A stretch of 64,000 nucleotides of DNA from Takakia lepidozioides (lineage: Eukaryota > Plantae > Bryophyta): assembly GCA_030704615.1 (NCBI GenBank), contig CM060734.1:13144001-13208000 (forward strand). Reading direction: 5' to 3'. The notes under the pieces were generated by a model. That model saw only the letters and a list, made by a program, of their open reading frames with translations, made no database searches and had not been told where the DNA came from. The position numbers were made by a program, and so were the translations under genes. How positions within the stretch are numbered: the stretch's first letter is position 1; each line of letters opens with the position of its first letter. Of the stretch, positions 39,384 through 51,766 are shown piece by piece.

Positions 39384-40400
39384 TATGAGGGAGGAATGGA
39401 GCCCTTGGTATATGGTAATCCCGAACACTGTCAGCGCCACTGAAACTGTTGAGTGCAACCTATGTTGACTACAACTTTCTTATTGTAAGGATCGGCTGCT
39501 CGCTCACCTCGGCTATAGAGGTGTGAAGAGCAATGGGGTGGGTTTATGCCCTAAAGCATCTATGCGGGTAAAAAGCCATTTTGCCCAATGTGGAGGCAAT
39601 ATTCCAATGTCTCTAGATCTGGACACGACCTCTGAGCAGAACACTTTATCTTCCCGCCAAGATGCCCCGATTAGTACCCAAGGAAACTCTTGTGAGGCTT
39701 CAGGTGTCCGGGGACAAATGGGTTGTGCCGGAGCAACACCTGCTTCAACACCTCTTTGTATCCCTACACTTCAACGGAGTAGAGGATTACGACAGCAATC
39801 CATGCAAGAAGGCCTTAACTTGTCTGCAAAAAGGCAGTTGGATAAAAAATGGGCGCAGTTTCTCTTCGAGGCCAACATACCGTTTAATGTGGCAATGCTT
39901 CCGGCATTTGTTTATGCCGTTAGAGCAACCTCAGAGTCCAAATCCACATACGTGCCTCCTTCTTATCACAATGTCCGCACATGATTGCTAGAAGACGCCA
40001 TGATAGAGCTTACCCAAAAGGTCAACGATAGGACGGGCGAGTCTCTGAGAAAATATGGAAGCACTCTATGTGCCGATGGATAGAGTTCTGTTACAAACAG
40101 ACCATTGTTCAATGTCATGCTCGTATGTCCAGCTGGGGAACAGTTCTTGGGATCGGTGGACACTAGTGGCGAGAAGAAAGATGGACGTTATCAATGTCAG
40201 CTATTGACGGACTTCATCGAACAGGTCGGAAGTGATAGAATTGTGCAAATATGCACGGACAATGCCGCTAACATAAGGAACACTGTAGACATGTTATTGG
40301 CACGATATCCCCATATGTACTACCAAGGTTGTGCAGCTCATATCCTTGACCTCATTTTGAAAGATTGGAAAAAAAAACAGTGGATGAAACAACTGTCAAG
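39384..40400 (+). pseudogene. hAT transposase, N-terminal half (BED finger + DUF659-type catalytic region)
   Basis: W.YM..VECNLC..LLAHL, ANIPFNVA, STLCADG, IVQICTDNAAN, CAAHILDLILKD. Confidence 0.85.
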
Positions 40401-41289
40401 TTATTTTACCACTAGTGTGAAGTTAGCTAGGAAATAGCTAGCTTTTATATATTGACATTTGGGATTGACCCAAGTGTCAATCCAGGGGCCAATACATGTT
40501 TGGGCACCTGACATTGTTATCTTCACGGCAAATCGCGGTGGGCTCATCTTTCTCGAGTTGAGCCTCACCGCATCTAGCTATGGCGCCGTAGTGTGGATTC
40601 CTCATGACGTGGGGTGCACTTGGCTCGACTTAATATATGAGTGATGTTTTCATGTGCAAGTATGTGAGTTTGAGAGAGCTTGTGTGCTTGTATTATTCCT
40701 TTCCTTATCACTTGAGAAAGATCAGCTCGAGTCTGTGAGTGCCAGGTTTGAGTTAGTTATAGCACTTGTGTTTTCAGATCATGAGAAGCGGTTCAGCCTA
40801 GAGTGCAGGGATCCGTGCATGAGCCTATCCAAAGCGGATAGAGTGCAAAGGCGAACAGGTTGCAGGTTTGCAATGGATAGAGAGGCGGGTAGCCTATGTT
40901 GAAGAACGGCGTTGCATAGCTCAACGCTATGGCAATCAAGTTTGGGCTTCTAGTGTGAAGCGGAGGAGATGCTGGCCACGAGTGGGCAAACTGGTGGTTG
41001 TATTCTTCAGCTGCAGGCCGAGTTAAGGAGCTGCAGAAATGTGGGCTGCGCATGGGAAGTTAGCATGTTACAGGTTGGACAGGGATGCCTCGGCGTGAGC
41101 CTGGTCACGTGAGCGCGTGAGCGCGACTGCGCTCACGCCACGTCACCTTGCGCAAATGCCACGTCACGGGGCTCAGTCCACGTCATCACACGTGGAGGCC
41201 GAGTCACCACGCACCCAGAAAGAAGTGGAGTGTATTCCCGCGGATTGGCACCCTTTACCGCGGAAACAAGCTGGACGACATAATAAAAG

Positions 41290-41650
41290 GCATTGAATAA
41301 ATGATGGATGAATGTACAGTTGGATGATAAACAGATGGATGAGTTTGAAAAATCTATGTAGATGGATGAATGACGGATGGATAAGAGTAAAATGGATGAA
41401 TGTATAATGGATGTTGAGCAATGACAAAAATTCATGACAGGAAGATGCATGACCAAATCTTTTGACGAATGCACAAAGTATATGAAATGAGTGTGGAAGG
41501 TTTGTGGGGTGGATTAAAGAGTACAGAGGATGAATGTACAATGGATGTTGTACAAAGGAAGCTTTCATGAATGGAGCACGCATGAATACAGTGTAGATGA
41601 ATGCACAATGGATATGAGAAGAGTCAGGAAGGTTTGTGAGATGGATTCAT
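41290..41650. repeat. Subterminal ATGGATGAATG-like short repeats of element C
   Basis: More than 10 GGATGA/GATGAA motifs just inside the left TIR. Confidence 0.6.
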
Positions 41651-42106
41651 ACATATAGCAATTTAAACGAAAGTTGATTCTGTGATTATTATTTGTTCTA
41701 AAGGAACAACTACGGTAGAGTAAGGGGATTCAACGTTTTCCAGATAATATGAAAATGAATATTAAAAGAATACAGTTCAGTCTGACTCAGAGTCAGTACA
41801 ATGTATCCCCTCTTCCTCTGCATCTAAGTCTAAGTATTTTAGAACACCAGATCCACGCTGGATACACCTACGGCTGGCCACTAAAAAGTCAGGGGATAGG
41901 GACTCGGACGCGTGAAGTGCCATTGCTTCGGCATAAACAGGGAGCAGAAAATTGGAAAGGGGGCTGTCGAAAACAGACTCGCCAGAAATGACTGTATCTC
42001 CTGAAGATCCACCGCTGGCTTTCCTGAAAGACAGCCTGAAAAAGTTATTACTGTAACTTTGATGTTATCGAGAAATTGAGTATGACTCCCAAAGAGGGTT
42101 TAGCAC

Positions 42107-45100
42107 TTACTCACATGAAAAGTCGTTGTCGACCTGCTTATCTTCGGGATCGTCATCATTTCGAATATGAATCCGATCAGTCTGTGTGCCTGAAGTGGAG
42201 CCAGACAAAAGGGGGAGGAGCACTGTGTTGTAGAGGTCAGAATCACCCTCCATACCAAAAAGGCTTCTTCCGCCTGCCTTGCATGCGTGGTAAGTTGCTC
42301 CTGCACCAGACAGGAGAACATAAGCAGTTTGGAGGAGGGGATTTAAGCAGATGAAACTGTTGAAAGGAAACCAATTCGGAAGGGAGAAAACGAACCTGTG
42401 GACACAGAAAGATCGACCACCCGTGCAGAGCGGTGGCTGCATGACTCCAGCAGTATTTGCATGAATGCTGGTGACTTTTCCTTTGCACCTCTCCAGGGAG
42501 TGCCATCTGGTCTCTTCAGAGTCTGACTGGACTGCATGAAGTTGTACAAAATGTCATCGACATGGGGCTCATAGGGGGGGTTGACGAAACAACCCTGGTC
42601 AGAAATCTCAAAGCTGCGGATGGAGGATGGTGTCTTTGATGTGCGAATCCTCCGCAGGCAGATCGCCTCGAACATCCTCGTCTGCCAAAGATAGCAGGTT
42701 AGTGTGGTAAACACAATCTAAAGTGGAAGTGTGTACATCGGCTATTCAGAACTCTGACACCAAAAAACCATGAATCGTTGATGATCGGTGTCGATCATAA
42801 AACATTCTACTAGAGTGGAGCTGCAGAGAAATTGAAACTCATGATCAAAGCATAAGCAGAAGGCAGACGGCATACCAGCTGACCAGGGAAACCCCCTTTC
42901 ACAAGGTAGAGGCTGTTCACACAATTCCATGTGCGCAAAACTTCAAACCCTGAAGACTTGAGGTATGATGCCAATGCCCGACGACTATCATTGTCACATG
43001 ACTGAAAAAGCAGAAGTGTCCCTGCATCAGAGAGGAAATTGTTACAGAACCCGAATACCCAACTCCAGTAGTTGTCCTCGAATTTGTTCCACCCTGGCGT
43101 CTTGCCCTTTGGAAGAACTTCTGGCACAGCCTGGCCATCCGGATGTCGAGAATGACAATGTCGGCCGCATAAGTTTTCTGCACACCGCACACGAAGGTGG
43201 GACCTGTGCTCACCTGCAACAGACATGTTTTTTATAAGAACGATGGCAAGAATGTTTTCAAAGAACGAGACTGAAATACTGCCAACGAAACATTCAGAGA
43301 AAAAGGAAAGAAAGTGGAATTCTCACCAGATTGAGGAATGAGATTATATTGTCCCAGGTAGGGGATGGCACCCCAGTGTATCCTCTCTTTCGACTCTGCA
43401 TCATCGAAAGCCAACCCTCATTAACAATTTTCATCTCTCCTGCTGAATCAGAACGGGAAGGGTGTGGCTTGGCATCGAACACGCACTGAAGAGTGCGGGT
43501 ATATCTTCCAGCACTAAAGTCCTGCCCACTCTCCATCTCCTTTTCATTCTCCTTCCCCTTGTCCTTTTCCTTCTCTTTGGACTTGTCTTTGTCCTTTGGC
43601 TTTGCTGGTGAGATGGCTATGACATCAACAGCCTTGTCTTTTGGTTTGCGGCCCGCCTTCTTTCCCTTCTGCGGCGTTCCCTGAGCATCAGGCTCCTTGG
43701 CAGCCAAGGTTGCTATGTTTCGTTGATACTCTTCGTCAGTCAAAGGCGCCAGCATCTCAGCGTTATTGTTCAAGTATTTCATATGCTGTTCTTGAAAGGT
43801 CGTGTGCTCAGGTGGGCAGTCAAGGTACCACCCACAGTCTCTGAAGTGAGAAGGACTCCAGTCCTTCAATATCCCTGCAGTATACATGGTTGGATCGTTT
43901 GCAGGGTCCGACCACATGTCAAGATAGTCGGGAATTCCGCTCAGGTGATTTCCTTCCATAAGCACATATTTCGTGTACCTGAAAAAAGGAGATGAATCCC
44001 AACCCACAAAAGCGCTCAGTGAGTAAGATGCAAGTAGAACAGAAAGAATAAAACATGGATTGAAATGGCTCTGACAACTGCTCCAAGGACCTTTCAGGAC
44101 CACACTACTGCTCCAGATATGAATGTCGTCAACGCCATTCAGAACATTCCATTCCATGACACTGTAAATACATCCTAATCCAGGTGAATGCAAATAAGCG
44201 ATTAGAAATGACACAGACATAGAAGTGAATGTCGTCAACGACATTCAAGAATGAAGCCAAATTATTACTGAAATGAAGCAAAATCACAGGATGGAAATAA
44301 AAAAATTGAGTAAGGAACCATCCAGGAAAACTCAATGCACATTCATAACGAACCTATCACTGAGGACCTCACAACATCACTGTATGTGAATGGCGTCAAC
44401 GCCATTCACAAAAATACAAAAAAGAAACCAATTACTTAGCTCCCCAATCCATGAAAATTGAATTTGTCGTTTTTGAATAATACAGACACAGCTGTGAATG
44501 TCGTCAACGACATTCACTTTGGATTTCTTAAAACAGAGCTTATCAAGCCTCCATATTCATCGCAAGAGGAAAAAACAATGCAGAACAACTGAATGTCTGC
44601 ATTGACATTCAGCAAAATGAAGTGATCAACCCTCATTGTAACCTCTATGGACATTACAAAAATTTAAATAACCTTGAGGACCACACAACAACTCCGTATG
44701 TGAATGTCGTCAACGCCATTCAAGGACATTATCAATTCTAATCAGGGACAATATAATTGCACCCTTAGATCCTAACCAGGTGAATTCATATACTCGCTTA
44801 GAATGACTCAGACAAAGAAGTGAATGTCGTCAACGACATTCAATCTGGATCTAAGATTGCAATCCATATGAAGCCACAATTTTTCCCAAAAAAACAGTAG
44901 AGTTTCAAGTATGACATTTCACCTGTACACAACTCGCATCATGGCCCACTCTCCTCCAACCTGACTGTCAAAGTCGTTGGACCGTAAAATGTTACCATCT
45001 TTGGAGAACTCCCGGAAAAAACAGTATCTCCAGGTGAGACCTCTCCACTTCCTTATGTATGCCTCCAATGACATTTGGGGAGGGGAAACAATCGCAATGT

Positions 45101-47411
45101 TCAGGTCCTTCAAAGTCTGATCCAGCACAATGACGGCGCGCTTTTCGAGCTGCAAATAGTATATTTGTCAGAATTGCAAAAAAGAAACACATCACATACT
45201 TGAAGAGAAGAAACAGCATGTTCGAATACACACCTGACTCCAAAATGTAGCCTTGTGGAGCCAGTTATCAAACACCAAATCACTGATTCCTTCCACCTTT
45301 GTGCCAGGCTGTATGGTGCTCTTTGGGAACTGATTCAAGTCCTTTACTGTTTGATCTGAGTTCCATATCTCCAGCCACCTTATTTTTGTTTGTGGGTCGA
45401 CCATCGATATGGCCAGCCGGTGCAATTTCTCCTGCTGCATCTCCGGATGCACATGCTTGTCATAGTGTGTTTTGATCTGCTGAAGGAACTCAGGACCAAG
45501 TCCAGGATCTACTATTCTAAGCTGCTTTCCGAAGGCTGACATCAATTTGGTTCTTCGCATCTCAAACTCCTTCTTTATTGCAGCTTCCACACCCTTTGAT
45601 GTCCTTAGTTCCTCTGGTGTAGTGCGGTAATATTCGGATTTTCCCTTCTCAGCTGCCTCTGCCAGTTCTTGCTGCATTCATTCAAGTAGTGATTAGCTCC
45701 GAAGGGACTCTAAACATGTATTCGAAAAGTAAACAGATTACAGACTCGGGCTTACCGCATACATGTACTCCAGAAACGCCTCTCGTGTCAAAGAATACCA
45801 AGTGCCTGCAGCTCTTCCTGTTTCGCACTTCTTGATGATATTGGGTGGTAGTACTGTCCGAAAATCATCCAGCTTCATCAGACCAATCCTCTGAATTCGG
45901 AATAGTGTGTGAACCAAGCTTGTTGTCACATGCGATTTCTCTGTCGATCTGCAAAAACATTGAAAACATTGCATTCCTTAACACTGTTTTTTGAGGATCA
46001 ACAAGACACTACAGAGGGAATGAAATCTCCTGGATGACTTACTTGTTCACGTCGTGCATAGCTGTAAGAAGCCTAGCGATGTCGTTTCCTGGATCCAAAA
46101 CCATTGCCTCCACAGCAACATGCTTGTCTTTGTCTTTCGAATGGTGTTTCTGAATGTATCCCATCCATGCCAGCAATCGGTGGTTGCCGTCCCAGACGTA
46201 GAACATGTGGTTGCAAAATTGCTGGGTGTTCTTTCCCATCATGAGGCCCAGCTCGAACTCCTCATTGGCATCTTTCCAGCACTCATCCCAGTTATCACTG
46301 ATCTCTGGAGAAACTAATGTGCTTTTCCCATTTATATCCGTCAGTGACACATAAAAAACTTGTGCACCAAGTCTATATCCATGCACAAAATCACTCTCCA
46401 ATTTTGTTATGTCATGGGAAAGAGGTGGACGCACAACAGGCATTGATATCATCCGGCACAGAGGTATGTCCAGACGCCCTCCAGATACGAGCATGTCCCT
46501 TATAACCTCCTGAGAGTTTACCTTCTGGAATGACATGAGTTCTTTCACCTTGTCAAGGTAGTGCACTTCGGATTCATCTGCTTCATCTGTATTCTCTGAG
46601 CTTTTTGCGGACTCGTCCCCATCTCCAGATCCTTTCCCCTCTGATCCTGTAGGCTTCGACCTCACAGTTTTCTGCACGATGCCATTCAGTTCTGACTAAG
46701 TGATTTGCAAATAGTGAATGGCGGTAACGACAATCACTCTGTATCAAGGAAACTCACCATGAATGGTGTGAAAGAATTCAGCACAATCTACACATGCAAA
46801 GCCGAGACTGCCGTATTCAAAACAAAAGTGAGAGCGATAGCGAACGGCGTTAACGACAATCACAAAAGATAACAACCTGCCGGATCGGTGTTGTGTAATG
46901 ACATATATGTGCAACTGATTGGCGGCAACGACATTCAGTGTAGTTTAGGGAGAATAGTAAGTGCAGACTCTCTCTTCAAACACATAGGTACATAAATCTC
47001 ATGAGCAGAATCGAATGGCGTTAACGACGCTCGCGATTCAGTAGTTCCTGCTAAAGAATGGAAGAGGAAGGACTCCTTGAAAGGCAATCACACAGACTAT
47101 ATGATAAAACTTACTGGCACCTTCTTAGGTTTTGAAATTTGATCCCCTTCTGCAGCTTTCCTCTTCCCTCTCACATCTGCTGGAGTTTCTGTCTGCGCAA
47201 GGGTTTCTTGACCTTCTTCAGGTTCGGCGTTCCGCGTGCTTCCACCTTCTTCAGTGTCCCTGCGATTCATCTCTGCCTCCACAGGCTGGCGCACTCTTAT
47301 CGCCGACTGTGTCGCAGCCGCTGCCTCAGTCTCCGTCTGCTCTTGTGAATCAGTCTCCGCGTTCACTTGCTGCCTTGGCCCTGTGTTCTCCAACAAACGA
47401 CGCCTCGTCAT
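42107..47411 (-). CDS. Multi-exon gene: disordered N-terminus, ParB/Srx-like domain, helical region, beta-class N6A/N4C DNA methyltransferase-like domain (some frameshifts)
   Basis: ATG at 47411. Exon ~46040-46690: VVRP..FYVWDGNHRLLAW. Exon ~42880-43215: ADIVILDI(P)DG..WN..FLSDAGTLLLF. Exons 42396-42684 and 42107-42300: EKSPAFMQILLESCS..VVDLSVSTGATYHACKAGGRSLFGMEGD. GT-AG boundaries visible. Confidence 0.8.
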
Positions 47412-48266
47412 TTTCTCTCTTGCTCTGCGTCTCTCTCTAAGGGAAGTAAAATAAAGAGACTTTCTTCTCTTTCGTATTCTAGAAGGAACCCTCTCCAGCT
47501 TGACTACCACTCTCCCTCTAAGCGCGAAAAGTAGAAAAACGCAGTGACTCTCGATTTCTTGCGGGATTGCCTGTGTTCTTGCGTGTCTCTAGAAGCATCG
47601 GATTCCCTCCCGCGTGACCGTTACACATAGTCGTTTCGTTATTAGTGCACATGCCAGCAATTGGTGTACAGCTGTTCGTATTCAGTTATGGATGTCTGAC
47701 GTGTGCCGCCCAAAACAAAACGGCGTGTTCTAAATTATAACTGGTTCAATATTTAAAAAGAACAGCGAATCCCAGAAATTGATGCGCAGTCTTAAACAAA
47801 TAAATATAAATGAACGAGAGTTTGATGACAAATTTTGGAATATCATACACGGTCATCCTTGTTATCCAAACCCCACATTCGTTGCACATTTGGAACTTTC
47901 CAGGTGCGCATGATCATTGGTAGTAGTATATAGATACATTTACTTAATCTGCAATCCCATTCTCGGATCCTGTGGCATGCTTCCAGGAAGTCGGCTTTGT
48001 TATTGGGTTTATTGATGAGGTTCTGATTAACGGTTTAACAGTTGCCGACACTGCCCCTATGGATTCTCTGACCACTGGGCCCACAAGAAAAGTAATTAAA
48101 ATGGACGGCTGCATATCTGGAATGAATAACAGAATATGCACAGTCGTTATCTGAGCTTCCTCCGCCATATGCTCTGCTCATTCTTCAACTGTGTTCTGGA
48201 GACAGCAGTAAACCGATTTACACTAGATCTGCGATAGCAAGGTACAAACATACTCGAGGAAGGAAG

Positions 48267-51200
48267 ATGGCTTCCTCTGAAGCGGAGTTCTTCTCAGACG
48301 ACAAACCAGTGCCGTTCTCCCAGGAAGTCCTTGACAATGGATTTGCAATTGTTCTGGAACATGTCTTGGCTACCCGTTTTCAGCTGCAGAATGGCTCCAT
48401 CTTTTTGGAGAAAGAGGTTTACGATCTGAAAGGGAAGTTGGTGAAATATTCTTTCCAAAACCGTGATGAGACGGCTCATATCAGCCAGTGGAGAGTGCGT
48501 CCTGGTCGATACAGAGTACTTGGAGAGCCTCGGCGAAAGTCCCTTGGGTCATATGTGACGCCCGGGACTGCTGCTTCGGTCGTTGAAGACAAGAGGGAGG
48601 TGGTGGTGAAAAAAGAACAGACTTCCTCCACTCCAATCGTTGAGCTTTCGGATTCTTCCGATGATGACATAAGTGAAATTCCAAATCCAGTCCTTCCTAC
48701 TGTGGTTGCAGAAGCTGATGAAGAAGAGATTTGTAGTGTCATTCCAAAATTGCGGGCGATGGGAGGAATGGCTGGATTCAAAAGTGAGTTGCGGGGAATT
48801 GATTGGGAATCTTTGAAGCAGGTGCCTGTGAAGTTCTTGCCGGAGACTTTTGATGGCGATATCCTATTCGAGCTGCCTCCTCCTCCGCGAGTTGGAGGTG
48901 TAACAATCATGATGCATGGAATGGACAAGAAACACGACGGGCACCCGTGGTGCAGAACAAAAACATCCAATATTCAGAATGATGACAAGCTTGTTTTCAG
49001 GAGGACAGTTTGCAATGGACACCTTAGGTGTGATAATTTGAATTGCAGACACTTTCTTCAGTCTGGAGTTCATAATCAAAGCGAATGGGAGGGTCTGGCG
49101 GAGAATCCATTTCAGCCTGGGACTGCCCCTCCACCGGCAAACACTTTCGTCTGCAAATTCTGCAAACTTGTGCCATCCTGCTTGGCGCTCTGCGGAGCAA
49201 GAATGTACTATGTTGTCCACCGTTTGAATACAATGACGAGAGCTTGTGTGCATTTTGGATTCCATAACCATCCTGTCTCGAAGGGGGATTACAGGGAGAG
49301 TGTTGAGACAGTATCGAGGTTGATCAAACAGGAGTTCGGGAGAAACCCATCCGCAACAACATCTGCAATTGCTCTTGGCGCAAGCAAGTCCTTCTTGGAA
49401 AGCCATATTTTGAGTGAAGGAGATTCTGTGGGGACTAAACTTGACGGTGCAGCATTGGACCTGGTCATGGATCATTTCTCCACTTTAAGTTCACCTAACA
49501 TTCGGCATCAGATCAATGCATTGAGAATGGGCTCTGGGATCAGAGGCTACATAGACAATATTTTGGAATTGAAACGACTGAGCAAGTACGATTACATCCA
49601 GGTCAAGGTGCCATCAAAGTTTTTCTTTTCAAAATGTCGACTGTTGGGGAGGGCAGTGGGGTTAGCCTCGTGAAGCGGATGCAAAAGACTGGGGACTTGC
49701 AGAACTGTTTTCTTATGTTTGATCATGTGAAACGAGTGAAGGATTGGACGACAATGGCTTGTCATGTCTACGATCCAGTGTACCAACGAGTTATGACAAT
49801 TGCAGTTTGTGACATGCAATCCGAGGATACGGAATCCCAGAAGCTCATGTGGAATTCCCTGATACGTGTCATGGGCTGCCATGGGCTGCCATCTCCAAAT
49901 TTCGCAGGTTTCATGGCGGATAGTGCTCAAGCAAATTTCAATGCTATTCGTATTGTCTTCGGATCGGGCGACCCAAAAGTGCCTATGCCAGGAAGAGAGC
50001 GTACATGTCTATTCCATTGGACACAATCTCTGGAAAAACATACAAAGTCGGACATCAAACCAGAGATGCAGACTCAGCACCGTAAATTGTGCAAAGAGTA
50101 CAAAGATGCTAGAACAATGAAGGAGGCGGACACTTTGTTCCAGACAATTCGTGCCTGGTGGTTCTCTTCTGGAGCTGCATCACTTGAGAGTATGAGAGCA
50201 TTGGAAGATTGGCTGGCGTTTTGGCACTTCCGGTATAGACAGTGGGGAGCAGCCATGACAATGGTACGAGGCTTCTATTTCATGCTTTATTCATACATTT
50301 GCTTTCCATATTTTTGACTCATTGCTTTCTTTATGTTGTTTCCTGTGCACTATTCTGAAGTGTGGTTATCCTCTTTGCAGAACATGTCCATTGAGGAAAT
50401 GGCAGACATGCCATCTTGCAATTTGGCAGAAACTGTGCACAATGCATGGTTGCAGCAGTCTGGGAAACGAGGTCGGGATTTGTATGTGGCAACAACAGAT
50501 GATTTGATACGTGCCTTGCAACAACAAACCCGATACCGTGATTTCTTACGAGGTGGGGTTGGTGGCAAGGGTCCGGACAAATCGGAGTTGATGTTGCGTG
50601 CTGCAAACAGATCTGGGGATCCAATCAAGATAGCACGGGCGGTGAGCATGTATGCCCAGGGAACGCCACTTGTTTCTAGAGTTCCACATCTTGAAGGGGA
50701 GGAGAGATTCGGCTCCTGTAAGAGGAAATTGAACACTCCACCTGGTTCGGATTCAGATTCCCACAGGGCAGACCGTGATAACTTCTCGAAGCCTCGTGTT
50801 CCCCTGCATGACAGCTCCGTGTCCGGAACCTCCATTGTGGAGGAACCTCCAACACGACGGCAAGCTCCAGCATCAAACCGTGCCACTGAAATGGTGCAGG
50901 AGAGAAACAACCCCCTTGATGTGCTTGAGTCCGCATGCCCCGACCACGTTTGGCACATAGAACGCACAAGTGTCGGGTCTCGTGTGAAATGTACAGCGAT
51001 CAGGGCAACTAATTTCGAGAAGTGCACTTCATCTATATCCAGAGGTGGTGCCCGAACTCCTGCTCCGACTTTCACGGGCTTGATGCGTCCATACGGTCAA
51101 CCAGAAGCCAAGAACCACAAGTTCTGGTTCTGCGCAGATGATTGTGCCAGATGTGTGCATGGAACTGTGCGTCCTTCCGTAGTGATGAAGCCATCTCCTC

Positions 51201-51766
51201 CAACCGTTTGGCCCGTGAAGGTGGGAACACATCTCAGCTTTCAGGAGATTGAAATGCTGGAGGAGGCAGGTTTTTCCCTTGCGAGACAACCCCAACTCCA
51301 TGCATGTGCTACTACTCCTGCGTCCTCCCGGGTCCCCCCGGCAAATCCTGACTTGTGGCCAACCAAACGAGATGGAAAGCTCGTTCGGCGTTTCCCTCCA
51401 ACCGCTGAACACTTTGGCAAAGTGGAGTCCGCAAGAATGCTCCAAGCTCGTGTCGGAAGCACCACGGAAGTACCCGATCCAGGATATGGTCGGGTATTCA
51501 CAATCATCACTTCCACATCTGCTGTTCATGACAGGACCTACGACATCACGGTTTCCAATTTCCCCAATTGCACATGTCCTGATTTTGTGAATATGCTATC
51601 AACCAGTTTGGGCAAGAGAGGTAAATTCATACCCTGCAAACATTTGTATTTCATATTTTTGAGGAGGATGGTTTGCGATCCCAAACGTGACAACTTCATT
51701 CACCAGGCCACTATGAGTTTCAACGAGGTCGATACTCTTTTGCAGCGGGATACAACACATGGGTAG
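48267..51766 (+). CDS. MULE-type transposase: GCM-like Zn domain, DDE core, SWIM finger; one frameshifting deletion near 49600; intron 50264-50380
   Basis: DGHPWC..CNGHLRC..C..CKFC..C..HNHP; MFDHVKR, FMADSAQ, CLFHW, NLAETVH; CTCPDF..CKH. Confidence 0.9.

Noticed and set aside
44121-44841. CRISPR-like repeat/spacer appearance of the 20-bp palindromes
   Set aside because: Spacers are 75-140 bp, irregular and partly duplicates of each other; the array is intronic in a eukaryotic gene; no cas genes.
42107-47411. Bacterial or phage contamination as the source of the ParB-MTase
   Set aside because: The gene has spliceosomal introns conserved between families and sits within a TIR element amid plant sequence.
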